From Candidatus Woesearchaeota archaeon (GTDB lineage: Archaea; Nanobdellota; Nanobdellia; Woesearchaeales; JAGVYU01), in NCBI GenBank assembly GCA_043805595.1, contig JAZDHV010000003.1, forward strand, positions 1 through 60,841: a stretch of DNA of 60,841 bases, read 5' to 3'. This document shows, piece by piece, positions 10,637 through 20,800 of the stretch (the stretch's first letter is position 1; each line of letters opens with the position of its first letter). The position numbers were made by a program, and so were the translations under genes. Below the pieces are notes generated by a model. The model saw only the letters and a list, made by a program, of their open reading frames with translations, searched no databases and was not told the DNA's origin.

Positions 10637-12698
10637 TAGAGGTCAGGTCACTGTATATATTATAGTTGGAATAGTCCTTTTAGTCGTAGTTGCAGGTGTT
10701 TTGTTTGTCAGGACCCAGACTCAGGGTGAATTGGGAGGAAGCGAGTCTGTCCTGGTTAAAGAGATCCCTCTAGAATTCAGGTCAATCTATTTTTATGTTG
10801 AGCAATGCATGCTCTCAACAACAGTTGATGGGTTGAAATTATTAGGTATGCACGGCGGCTATATTGATCCTGTTGCATCTGGAAAATTAATTGGCTCTGA
10901 GCCTACAGAAGGTTCTGCTGTTAACTTCCTGACAGAAGCAAATGTTCCAGTCGCATACTGGTATTATCTTGAATCAGGCAATGCCTGTGTCAAGGACTGC
11001 AGCTTCTCATTCGGATTCCCTAATCTGAGAAAATCAGATGGTGAGCCTTCTATTGAGACTGACCTCCAGAATTATATTGATAATAATATTAGGACATGCC
11101 TGAATGGTTTTGAATCATTCAAGGATCAAGGATATACTTTTGAGAATGAGCTATCTTACAAATCAGATGTTACAGTCGGTGATAAGGGCATTATTGTAAG
11201 GCTTGATTATCCATTGAATGCTGACAACCCGCAAGGAAGCCATAAATTCTCATCATTTTTCACATCCCTTCCCCTTGATTTAGGAAGAATATATGATCTT
11301 TCAAGACTATTGACAGAGCATCAGGCCAACTATAATTATCTTGAAAAGCACCTTGCCAATCTTATTGTAGGCTTTTCAGGCCTTGACAAGAATATCCCTC
11401 CGATGGCTGATGTTACAGTGGATTTTGGAGGAGGAGAGACTTGGGTGAAATCAGGTATAGAAAAATCATTGCAGGCAATGATGGAGTCAAACATACCATT
11501 GTTCCAGGTGCAGAACACCAGGAATTTCAAGCAAAGGGCAATGCCTTCTGAGACATTGGATGCATTGTATAACAGGGGTACAAACATCCCTAATGATCTT
11601 GCGACAAATGACCTTAATGTCTATTTCTCATATTTCAAGCCAGATTCTGGCTGGGACACTTACTTTGACCTTAACTGCAGAGGATCGGCATGCGGTCCTA
11701 TGTCTGTCTCATCTAATCTGGTTGCTCTGATCGGCATCCAACGGTATAAGTTCTTTTATGATGTTTCAAATCCAGTATTGATAGAGATCAATGCTCCTGA
11801 TCAGCTCACGAATTATATTGAGAATGGCTACCGCTTCAAGTTTTTTCTTGAGTCAAACCTTAGGGATAATCATCCTATGACTGTTGATTATGAGCAGTTG
11901 CTTGGAGGGCTGGGGACTACAAGCTTTTTCTGCGATGCAGACAAGAGAAACACTGGCAATATCTCAGTGGATGTAAAGGATGCTTCAAGCAAGAAAGGCA
12001 TTGAAGGTGTCAGTGTAGTGTATACTTGCGGCCCTGATTCATGCATTGTTGGTGAGACTGATGAGGATGGTGAATTGACAGAAAGATTCCCAGTCTGCTT
12101 TGGAGGTATTGTAACATTCCTCAATCCTGATTATTCAGATTATTCCCTTCCATTCAACACAAACATTGACCAGGAGAAATCCTTGGACATAACTTTGTCA
12201 GGTATGAAAGAGAAGAAAGTCACATTGAAGAAGAAGATGCTTGTCAAGTCTGGCGAGTCTTGGGAATTGGGAACTGATGTCAGAGCTCTTGAGTCCAAGG
12301 AAGAGGCTTTCATCACATTCAAGAGATTTCAGGAATTGACTGACCAGCCTTACACTGCATTTGTTGGATTGACTGCAGGATCAGGTGATACAGTCACTTT
12401 GACTCCTGGGACTTATGCTGTTGACATCTCATTATATCTGAATGAAAGTGTCAGCATACCAGGTTCAGAGCAGGGATCCCTTGATATTCCTGGACTTGAT
12501 TTGACAGAGCCGCCTTCTGGCGGATTAAAGCTTAATTTTACAATCACAGAACAGGATATGGAGAAGGACACAATCAATCTTTATGCTATTGGTGTCGACC
12601 CTCGGACTTTCACATCTGTTGGGGATCTTGGAGTTATCAGCGACATTGAAGGATACTCAAAAAAATACAAGTCTCAATTGCAGCCTGAGTTCAGCTGA
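10623..12698 (+). CDS. Cassette protein A2: large pilin-like protein with class III signal peptide
   Basis: NSRG/QVTVYIIVGIVLL; YVEQC...GLKLLGMHGGYI and CIVGETDEDGELTERFPVC motifs shared with A1 and A3. Confidence 0.8.
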   Translation: MIRNSRGQVTVYIIVGIVLLVVVAGVLFVRTQTQGELGGSESVLVKEIPLEFRSIYFYVEQCMLSTTVDGLKLLGMHGGYIDPVASGKLIGSEPTEGSAVNFLTEANVPVAYWYYLESGNACVKDCSFSFGFPNLRKSDGEPSIETDLQNYIDNNIRTCLNGFESFKDQGYTFENELSYKSDVTVGDKGIIVRLDYPLNADNPQGSHKFSSFFTSLPLDLGRIYDLSRLLTEHQANYNYLEKHLANLIVGFSGLDKNIPPMADVTVDFGGGETWVKSGIEKSLQAMMESNIPLFQVQNTRNFKQRAMPSETLDALYNRGTNIPNDLATNDLNVYFSYFKPDSGWDTYFDLNCRGSACGPMSVSSNLVALIGIQRYKFFYDVSNPVLIEINAPDQLTNYIENGYRFKFFLESNLRDNHPMTVDYEQLLGGLGTTSFFCDADKRNTGNISVDVKDASSKKGIEGVSVVYTCGPDSCIVGETDEDGELTERFPVCFGGIVTFLNPDYSDYSLPFNTNIDQEKSLDITLSGMKEKKVTLKKKMLVKSGESWELGTDVRALESKEEAFITFKRFQELTDQPYTAFVGLTAGSGDTVTLTPGTYAVDISLYLNESVSIPGSEQGSLDIPGLDLTEPPSGGLKLNFTITEQDMEKDTINLYAIGVDPRTFTSVGDLGVISDIEGYSKKYKSQLQPEFS

Positions 12699-12749
12699 GA
12701 TAATAATGATGAAATATGATCAAGAAAAACAATAAAAAAATAATCTGGA

Positions 12750-12788
12750 CGGAATTCGAATTGATTTACCTCCGCCTCGAATTCCTAA
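12750..12788. repeat. R5 hairpin, copy 2
   Basis: GGAATTCGA-n17-TCGAATTCC. Confidence 0.75.
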
Positions 12789-12801
12789 AAGATTAATTCA
12801 A

Positions 12802-12902
12802 AATAACAAAAACTGAACTATTCCCCTGCCTTTAGGCAGGGGTGTTTATCGTTCGGTTTTTGGGATTGAAAATTCCGACTCTTTTGTCGGAATTTTCAAT
12901 AA
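12802..12902. repeat. R2 double-hairpin repeat, copy 2
   Basis: Matches 1501-1601. Confidence 0.85.
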
Positions 12903-12942
12903 ATTAAGAAAGATATATTCAAAAAAAGATATATTCAAAAAA

Positions 12943-15900
12943 ATGAAAAAATTAAAAAACATATTTGTTGCAAAATTCATGATTATCTTAATAGTCTGCC
13001 TTCCATTTTACATGGCCAGTGCTTTTGCCTCTGACAATGCTTATTTGTCAGTCACAGATTTCCAGAATTATAATGCAGAAACAGGTCTGTTTGGCAGGCT
13101 TACGCCATTGTCTGAAGACCTTTTATTGTCCAGCAGATCAGAATATACGCCTTTATTAGGAATAAATTCAGCCACTGCAAAAGGATCAACAGATGGTATT
13201 GATGGCATAAGAAGATTGACTGACAAGACCTCTTTCACTGTCAGGCTTGATTCAAGTGATGGACAGGTTGCTAAAGAGCAGGTCTGGCTCGGCACATTGT
13301 CCCAATTTGGCTCATGCACTGGTACAGAGTCTGCTGATTATGAGTGCATTTTAGAGTATCCTTCTGCATCTAACACTCTTGAGTCAAAAGATTATACCTA
13401 TACTGTGTATTATTACAATAATTCATCTGATACAAATCCGTCTCATGCAGATGGTTCTCAGGCTGTGACAATACTGATTGATGACAGGGAGCCTTTTATG
13501 AGCTCTTTCACAGCATCTCCAAGAACCCTAGGCGCAGGCAATGTGACATTGACTTATGTCGTGAATGACAGGTCTTGCAGGACTGCCAGGTGTTCTGGTT
13601 ATTGCTCTGGGATTAAGGAGATCAGGTTTTACAGGAATAATATGACTGAATCTAATCTGATTACTTCAAAGATATTTGATGTGACATCATGCCTTGAGTC
13701 TGGCTCATTCACTATCTCATCTGAATCGCTTGGTGACGGCATTACAAGAATATTGGCTGTTGCTGTTGACATGTTTGATCAGGCATCAAACACAAGGGAA
13801 TTGACTGTCACAGTTGACAGGAGCTCACCTAATATAGGATCTACCTTATCTGTTTTAGACAATGATGGGACTGCTCTTACCCATATCAAGCCTCTTCCGA
13901 CTATTGCTGATTTCTCTGTCTTGATAACTGAGGATGATCTTGTCAGGAATAATGTGATTGGTGACTTTACTGGTGTCAATGGTCTTGGAAATAAGACTGC
14001 AAGCTGCATAAAGCAAGGCACAAATTATCTCTGCATTTGGCAGGACATCCAGCTCTCTTTGGCTTCATCTGCTGACCTTACTTTGATTGTTTATGCAAGT
14101 GATGAGCTTGGCAATACTGCAAAAAGTACTTTCTCCCATCATATTGATATTGATGGTACAGGTCCGATGGTCACTTCAATAACTACTGATAATGACCCCT
14201 ATGTGAGGGACGGCTCTACCATCACAGTGAGTCTTGTTGAGGATGGCATTGGCCTCAATGATGGAAATGTCTATCTTGATCTAAGGTCTCTTGGATTGGG
14301 TGTTGTCAAGGCTGATTCATGCTCTTCAACTTCATGCACTTTCACTGGAGTAAATCCCATAATTGAGGGTGACAGCTACATATCTGTTGCTTCAAATTCT
14401 GCTGATGACCTGGGAAATAAGGTTGCTGGCAACTTGACCAAACTTGTCACTGTTGACAGGTCGCCTCCGACTGTCGTCGATGTAAGTGTCACATTCATTG
14501 CAGGGGAAAATCCATTGATAGATGGATTGCCTACAACTGGAGCGTCTATGGAGATCTCAGCTGCAGCCAGGGAAAAATCTTCCCTATCAGCTGTGGCTGA
14601 CCTCTCTTCTTTTATCACAGATGAGTCTGCTGTTGATGGGTCCTGCGCTCAGGATGGAAATGATTGGTTCTGCTCATGGTCAACATCTGCAATCGACAGG
14701 TCTGGCCCTTATACAAAGAATGTCAGGCTGACTTTCACAGACAATCTGGGAAATAATATAACTGTAAATCATCCTGTTAAGGTTTTGGGATTGTCAAATG
14801 AGGAAAATCCTAATTATTGGAATTCAAATGTTGTTTGCAGCCCAAGCCTTGTTGACAGGGAAGTAACCCCTTTTGTTGACATGAAAGTCTATTGTGTTGT
14901 CAAGCTTGACACAAACAATGCAAAGCTCATGGCAATTGATATGGCTGGATGCTTTGGTGATGAAGCCAATGGTTCTGCTTCCCAATATGTCTCAAGCGCT
15001 TCATTGGTGAATGATGTCAATTCAACAGATCCTATTATTGAGATTATTCTTGCAAGGGCAAAGATGAATATCAATAAGATCACTTTGATCTGCCCTTTTG
15101 TAATCCAGTCAAGGGTAGGTGATAATCTTATCATGAATCCTGAGATTGAGAATGCCACTGTCAACATTTATTTTTATAATAATCCAGAAGGTGATTTTGG
15201 CGAGAATCTTGAGGATAAGATTGACAAGGCCAAGAAAAAGGCTGAGGGATTGTGGAATATCCTTGGCTGGCTTAATAAGCTCTTTTTCTGGGCTGAGAAG
15301 ATATGTGATATTCTTTACACTGTGACTAGGGCCTGGCTTGTGATAAGGACTTTTGCAAGCACTACTGCAACTGCTTCATTGGCTGTACAAGCCACTCCTG
15401 CATTCCCTTTTATTGATCCTATCAGGCAGACTACCTGTGAAATTGATGCTGCTGCTGAGATCAACCACAAATATCTTTTCAAGTTTGGTGACAAGTTCTG
15501 TGAATTCATCAATTGCAGGATGACAGGCGGAAAGTCCCAGGCTCCTGCTAAAGGGGAGGAAAAGGGAAAGAGCAGTGAAAAGAAAAGATTCAGCCTTTCT
15601 GAGCTTTCAGAGGGTTTTGGAAATTCTCTTGATGGAATAAGCAGTGCTCTTGGCACTTGGCCTGATTGGGGCTATGGGCAATTAGGAAAATTGGATGTCG
15701 GAGATTATATCAAGGATAATTCCGGCCTTGACCCAAGGCAGTACATGAATGCAAAGGACAATCTGGTTGTTGCTCTGGTCACTGGATGCATCCCCGGTAT
15801 TATTGCAGGCATTGAAAAGATCAGGCAGATTGAGTGCATGTATGGAGTTTGTCTGCAGGAAGGTGTTAAAGGGAATGGTGTTCCTATCCAGTCTTGTGAG

Positions 15901-16278
15901 GACCAGAAGGATTATGCCTACTGCAAGTATGTGTTCGGTGAATTGTTTGCTCTGATCCCATTCACTGCATTTTTCGATTATTTCACAGGATTGGTCAAAG
16001 GTGCTTTGTCTGACCCATTGTCAGCATTGGCAATCCCATTTGCTTACATCTGCAAGCCTAAGTGCATCCCTGGCGAGCCTGCCACATGGATGGCTGAGAT
16101 GGAATGGTGCGGATGGGTGCAGACATTGTCTCTGGTTGGAGAAGTGGTCGGCCAGGTAATGAATATCATCAATGCTGATTCATGGAAGATCCATAATGAT
16201 TATTGCAGGCAGCTTAAGGATTCAGGAGATGATTCAGGAGATGATTCAGGAGATGATTCAGGAGATGATGAGAATTAG
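12943..16278 (+). CDS. Cassette protein B2: secreted protein, tandem Ig-like domains plus C-terminal Cys-rich B domain
   Basis: Signal peptide; repeated D-x-x-x-P Ig-domain junctions; AKDNLVVALVTGCIPGII...YGVCL...SCEDQKDYAYCKYVFG motif. Confidence 0.8.
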   Translation: MKKLKNIFVAKFMIILIVCLPFYMASAFASDNAYLSVTDFQNYNAETGLFGRLTPLSEDLLLSSRSEYTPLLGINSATAKGSTDGIDGIRRLTDKTSFTVRLDSSDGQVAKEQVWLGTLSQFGSCTGTESADYECILEYPSASNTLESKDYTYTVYYYNNSSDTNPSHADGSQAVTILIDDREPFMSSFTASPRTLGAGNVTLTYVVNDRSCRTARCSGYCSGIKEIRFYRNNMTESNLITSKIFDVTSCLESGSFTISSESLGDGITRILAVAVDMFDQASNTRELTVTVDRSSPNIGSTLSVLDNDGTALTHIKPLPTIADFSVLITEDDLVRNNVIGDFTGVNGLGNKTASCIKQGTNYLCIWQDIQLSLASSADLTLIVYASDELGNTAKSTFSHHIDIDGTGPMVTSITTDNDPYVRDGSTITVSLVEDGIGLNDGNVYLDLRSLGLGVVKADSCSSTSCTFTGVNPIIEGDSYISVASNSADDLGNKVAGNLTKLVTVDRSPPTVVDVSVTFIAGENPLIDGLPTTGASMEISAAAREKSSLSAVADLSSFITDESAVDGSCAQDGNDWFCSWSTSAIDRSGPYTKNVRLTFTDNLGNNITVNHPVKVLGLSNEENPNYWNSNVVCSPSLVDREVTPFVDMKVYCVVKLDTNNAKLMAIDMAGCFGDEANGSASQYVSSASLVNDVNSTDPIIEIILARAKMNINKITLICPFVIQSRVGDNLIMNPEIENATVNIYFYNNPEGDFGENLEDKIDKAKKKAEGLWNILGWLNKLFFWAEKICDILYTVTRAWLVIRTFASTTATASLAVQATPAFPFIDPIRQTTCEIDAAAEINHKYLFKFGDKFCEFINCRMTGGKSQAPAKGEEKGKSSEKKRFSLSELSEGFGNSLDGISSALGTWPDWGYGQLGKLDVGDYIKDNSGLDPRQYMNAKDNLVVALVTGCIPGIIAGIEKIRQIECMYGVCLQEGVKGNGVPIQSCEDQKDYAYCKYVFGELFALIPFTAFFDYFTGLVKGALSDPLSALAIPFAYICKPKCIPGEPATWMAEMEWCGWVQTLSLVGEVVGQVMNIINADSWKIHNDYCRQLKDSGDDSGDDSGDDSGDDEN
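16219..16266 (+). repeat. 12-bp tandem repeat GATTCAGGAGAT x4 encoding the acidic (DSGD)n tail of B2
   Basis: Visible in the sequence. Confidence 0.9.
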
Positions 16279-16424
16279 GAAAAAGATTGAGATTGACGAT
16301 TTTCAGAAGAGGCTGAATGAGTTCGGCATTGAATTCACTGTCGGAAAAATAGATGATCGTATGGAGGCCAAATAAAAGGAAAAAATTAAAAAAATCAGAA
16401 TTAATTAATATGATAATAAAATCA

Positions 16425-16470
16425 TCAAGTCGGAATTCGATTCGAAATGATTGATTCATTCAAATTCCTG
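16425..16470. repeat. R5 hairpin, copy 3
   Basis: GGAATTCGA-n19-TCAAATTCC. Confidence 0.75.
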
Positions 16471-16513
16471 AAAAAACAGAAAATCATGCAGGACAAAAAA
16501 AGAAAAAAATATT

Positions 16514-16631
16514 AAAAAAATTGAGGAGGAATCCAATATGGAGGCAATTCCGAATTGTCATAAAAATCAAAGAGATTTTTAGGACACAAATAATCCTAAA
16601 GGATTTTTTCGTGAATTCGGATCAGATGATT
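16514..16631. repeat. Repeat family R6, copy 1 (CCGAATTGTCATAAAAATCAAAGAGATTTTTAGGACAC...GTGAATTCG)
   Basis: Second copy at 24702-24819. Confidence 0.8.
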
Positions 16632-16677
16632 GAAATTATCAAATATGGAAAATTAAAGGAAGATATGAAAGTTAAAC

Positions 16678-17346
16678 ATGGGAGATAGGATGGTCAAGAG
16701 ATTAATCAAGAATAATGTGGAGAAATTGAAGGCTGAGCAGAAAAATGCTCAATTGAGCAGAAAAATGCTCAATGCTGTCGACATCATCGCCTTATTCACC
16801 GGAGATTTGGATTCAAGCATTCATGGTAGGCAGATGCAGAGAATGTTAAACATTCCTCAAAGGACTGTAGTGGACAAGCTTAAGAATTTATCAGAGTCTA
16901 ATGTGCTTAAGAATAGGAAAAAAGGCGCTCAAAAAGAATATTTCCTAGATAAAAATAACCCAGCAGTGATGAGCCTGTTAATAATTGCAGAAGAATACAA
17001 GTCAGTTGTTTTCTTGAGCAGCGATTTCAAGCTGGGCGAGCTGTTCCTGAAATTAAGGTTAAATGTTAATGGTTCAATAATCGTGTTTGGCAGCTATGCC
17101 CGCAATGATCAAGACAAGGGCTCTGACCTTGACATCCTGATACTGGGAAAATTTGACAAAAAGATGATTGAGAGAATAATAGGAATGTATCCAATAAAGG
17201 TACACACAGTTGGCATGCCTTTCAGTGATTTTGAGGCAGGCCTTTTCAAAAAAGAGAATTTCATGCTTGAGGTTCTCAAGAATCATGTCATAATCAAGGG
17301 AACATCAGATATTATTGATCTTTTTTGGAGGTTTTACTATGGTTAG
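16678..17346 (+). CDS. HTH + minimal nucleotidyltransferase (MNT antitoxin)
   Basis: VFGSYARNDQDKGSDLDILI; N-terminal wHTH; the true start may be further downstream. Confidence 0.85.
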   Translation: MGDRMVKRLIKNNVEKLKAEQKNAQLSRKMLNAVDIIALFTGDLDSSIHGRQMQRMLNIPQRTVVDKLKNLSESNVLKNRKKGAQKEYFLDKNNPAVMSLLIIAEEYKSVVFLSSDFKLGELFLKLRLNVNGSIIVFGSYARNDQDKGSDLDILILGKFDKKMIERIIGMYPIKVHTVGMPFSDFEAGLFKKENFMLEVLKNHVIIKGTSDIIDLFWRFYYG

Positions 17347-17788
17347 TCTCACCTGGTGCTTGAAGCAGAAAAGAGGGGTTAGGCTGATAGAGCCGTCTGA
17401 GATTAAATGCAATGATTATATTGGAAGGTCTGAAAATGACCTTGTCTCATTGAAAGGGGACTCCACTTACTGGAAGCTGATAAAGGCTTATTATGCCTGC
17501 TATGATGCATTATATGCCTTGTTAATGAAGGCAGGGATTAAGTCAGAGATCCATGACTGCTCTATAGAGCTGATGGGATTATTTGGGTTTGATGAAGAGA
17601 GCATTGATTTCATCAAGAAACTTAAGGATGACAGGATACAGAACCAGTATTATCTCAAGAATATTCCATTGAAGGATGAGGAGAAGGTCAAGGAGTTTGT
17701 CATTGAAGTCAAGAAAAAGATTTCCTCTTTAAGTGAGGAAGGGATTGATGAGGTAAGGGATAAAATCAAGCCAAAAGAGGATAAATAA
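17339..17788 (+). CDS. HEPN domain protein (partner of the MNT)
   Basis: AYYACYDALYALL...SEIHDC...DRIQNQYY HEPN pattern; overlaps the MNT stop. Confidence 0.8.
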   Translation: MVSLTWCLKQKRGVRLIEPSEIKCNDYIGRSENDLVSLKGDSTYWKLIKAYYACYDALYALLMKAGIKSEIHDCSIELMGLFGFDEESIDFIKKLKDDRIQNQYYLKNIPLKDEEKVKEFVIEVKKKISSLSEEGIDEVRDKIKPKEDK

Positions 17789-17857
17789 GAACAAGATATA
17801 AAATATGGAAAAAGCTAATGAAATAATAAAGTCCAAAAGAAAATATAAATCTCAAAC

Positions 17858-20800
17858 ATGAAAAACAAAAAACAAAGGAATGGGAATGGAATATTGAAGA
17901 GGCTTACTTTCCATAAGGACATATTTTATCCGATTGCTAAAGTCAGGCAGATCCCTACTGCTCTTGTCGAGATAAAGAACAAGATGAAAATAAAATACAA
18001 GAAAAAGGCAAAGGCTGATGATTATCATCATATGAAAGCTGCCCTACTCTTCATAATCATGATTACCTCCATATTTTATTTAGGAGTCATGTCTGGCTCC
18101 TCTTCTGGTCCTGGATCCAATTCAGTCACTGGAGGTGTTGTCAGGATTACTGGGATGGCTGTTGGTGGACTTGATGTTTCATCATGGGATGATCAAGAAT
18201 TGTTTTTTGATGCTACAAGAAAATTAACAATAATTGGAAAAACAACTGATGGTAATACAATAAATGGATATCTTGTTGAACATATAGGGGAGACAGATCC
18301 AAGGTTGAATGGCAATTATTGGATAACTGAAAATCCAGGATGGCAAACCTTAGGAGGAGATCTAGTAGCTATTAAATGGGATGGAAATACAGGGCAATTC
18401 AGGCGATTTGATTTAGTCAATGAGAATTCAGGGCCTTTTGATGATGATGTTAATACACTTCAAGATTTTATTCAGGATTATAGTTCTGCACATGGATTAG
18501 AAAGAGTTGAAGATGATAAATTAAGGACTAATTATGTTTTTTTAGGTGATGATCCAAGTAATCCTAATACTATTATTATTCCTCCTTGGGTTTTAGGTGA
18601 AGACAGTTTTAATTATAGAGGTCCACGTGTTGCAGCAAGTGCTGGAACTGGAACAACTTATGGAATTGGAATCTTAAATGAACAAACATTACAGCCATAT
18701 TTGACAAGTGCAATGGCAAAATCACTTATTCATGATAATAAAAACGAAGAGCAATGGAGAGATGAGCTTGATAATAGGGTTACTCATGATCAGGCAGTTG
18801 AGGCATTAGCGCTTATAGGATCATCTCAATCAACAATTGATGAACTTAATAAGGTAAAAGCAGGTGCAACTAATGTTCAAAAAGCAAATATTGATGCTGC
18901 AATCGCCAGCATACAGGCAAAGATGGATCTAATCAGGGCAAGTGATGCTCCAATGTCTCAGCCATTGCTTGGAACTACAGTAGGACAACCATCAGGGCTT
19001 CAGCCAAACCAGGTTTATAGATATACTCATAGTAGTGGTGAAAACATCTATAGGATTGATAGCATTGATGATGGACAAGGAAATGTTATTGTTGTCAATG
19101 AGAATGGAGCTAAAGTTAAAATCAATCGAGACTCATTTAATTCAATTATGGATGAGGGTTCTTTGACTTATATCAGGACAGAGACGCCTCAATCAACACC
19201 TTCACCAACAACAGTTGCTTATTCCACAGGATCAAATAATCTAGGTGTCAGGACAATAGTTGATGTCTTAAACAACAATCAAGGAAAATATGATCTGATC
19301 TTAAATAATCCAAATGTTGCAATCGCAGTTGCACAAGTGGAATCAAGCCTTAATGTGAATACTCCTGATAGTGTTACTGGAGCAGTTGGATTGTTTCAGG
19401 TGCAGCCAAGCACTGCTGTAGATGTTTTAGGAAGGACTGATCCTGCAATTAGAGCTATTAATGAAAGATATCCTGATCCTGGACCAGAAACTCCTGCTCA
19501 AAGGAAAGTCCGTGAGGACAAAATTCGTGCAGCATTGTTGGATTTATCTACTCCTATTAATCTTAATGATCCTAAGACAAGCACTGAACTTGGATTGGTT
19601 GTACTTGATGAACAGATTAAATTTGCAAGAACTAATAATCCTGACTTGACTGATGATCAGATATTACAGATAGCAGTGGCACGATATTATAGTGGAACAG
19701 GTCCAGATGGAAGAATAAAGACTTGGCAAGATTATCTTACAGCCACTGGAGATCAGGAGACAGGACCATCTATTGTAGCTCATGTAAACAAATTTATTAA
19801 GGCATTAAAAGAGATTGAACCTAATCTGATTCAAGTAAGCGGCACTACTCCAACTGGCATATTTCCAATTGTTACTCTTGAACCAATAGTCAAGCTCGAA
19901 CCATCCCCAGAATACCTCCAGCAAAACGGCCAGCCATTATATGTTGATAAAGATGGAAATCTTTATGCTTCACCAGTAGCTGACCCGAAAAATCTTTTTT
20001 CAGCTGGAGATGCCTTGCATGTCACAATCAGAGGAGGTTATGCTTTGCTCCAGCCTGTCCCTATTGTTGAAGGAAAGCCAGGAGCACCTCTTGATGAATA
20101 TTATATATCACCTGCTGGAAGCATTAAAGATCCAACTGCAAGACTCCAGATAATGCAGCAGGAATTCAACCTTTTGACAGGCTTGCCAGAAGGTGCTGAA
20201 TTTGAAGTGAAGCATGAAAATAATGGTGATCTTGTTATCAAGGCAGGACCAGACACAATCAGGTATGTCAATCATAAAGGTACGCAATTTGATGGTGATT
20301 CAGTTTTCAAAGGCACTGTCAGAAGGACAAATGATATAACTGCTCCAATCTATTATGATGAGAATGGCAATAGGATAACTGCCTCTAAATTTGAGGCTAA
20401 CAATGGATTGCCTGATGATGAAAAAAAATTGTTTATCCAGGTGCCGCAGAGGTCAACAATTACAACTGAGCATCATGGCAATGACCTTGTCTATGGAGAG
20501 CACCGCTTCCAGAATGTTGAGATAAAAGAAGGTAAAATCATTGATGTCTGGACTGAGATCTCAAGAGTCAATGAGGAAGGAAGGGAGATATTCTTTGTCC
20601 AGCCAGATAAATTAGATAGAACTCCTCAGGGTTATTGGCTTAAGTTTGACTGCGGTATATATGCTGGCTGTGAATTTGTTGGTGTAGTTAATCCTGACAA
20701 TCCAGATGTGACAATCAGCCCATCAGAAGCAAAAATATCTCCTCAAGATCTTGCAAAATATCAGAAACTTGGAAAACAATACAGCCACAGGAGATTTTTC

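Noticed and set aside
16172-16375. ORF with IQEM repeats
   Set aside because: Alternate-frame reading of the B2 DSGD tandem repeat; at most a 36-aa remnant from 16265 with no support.
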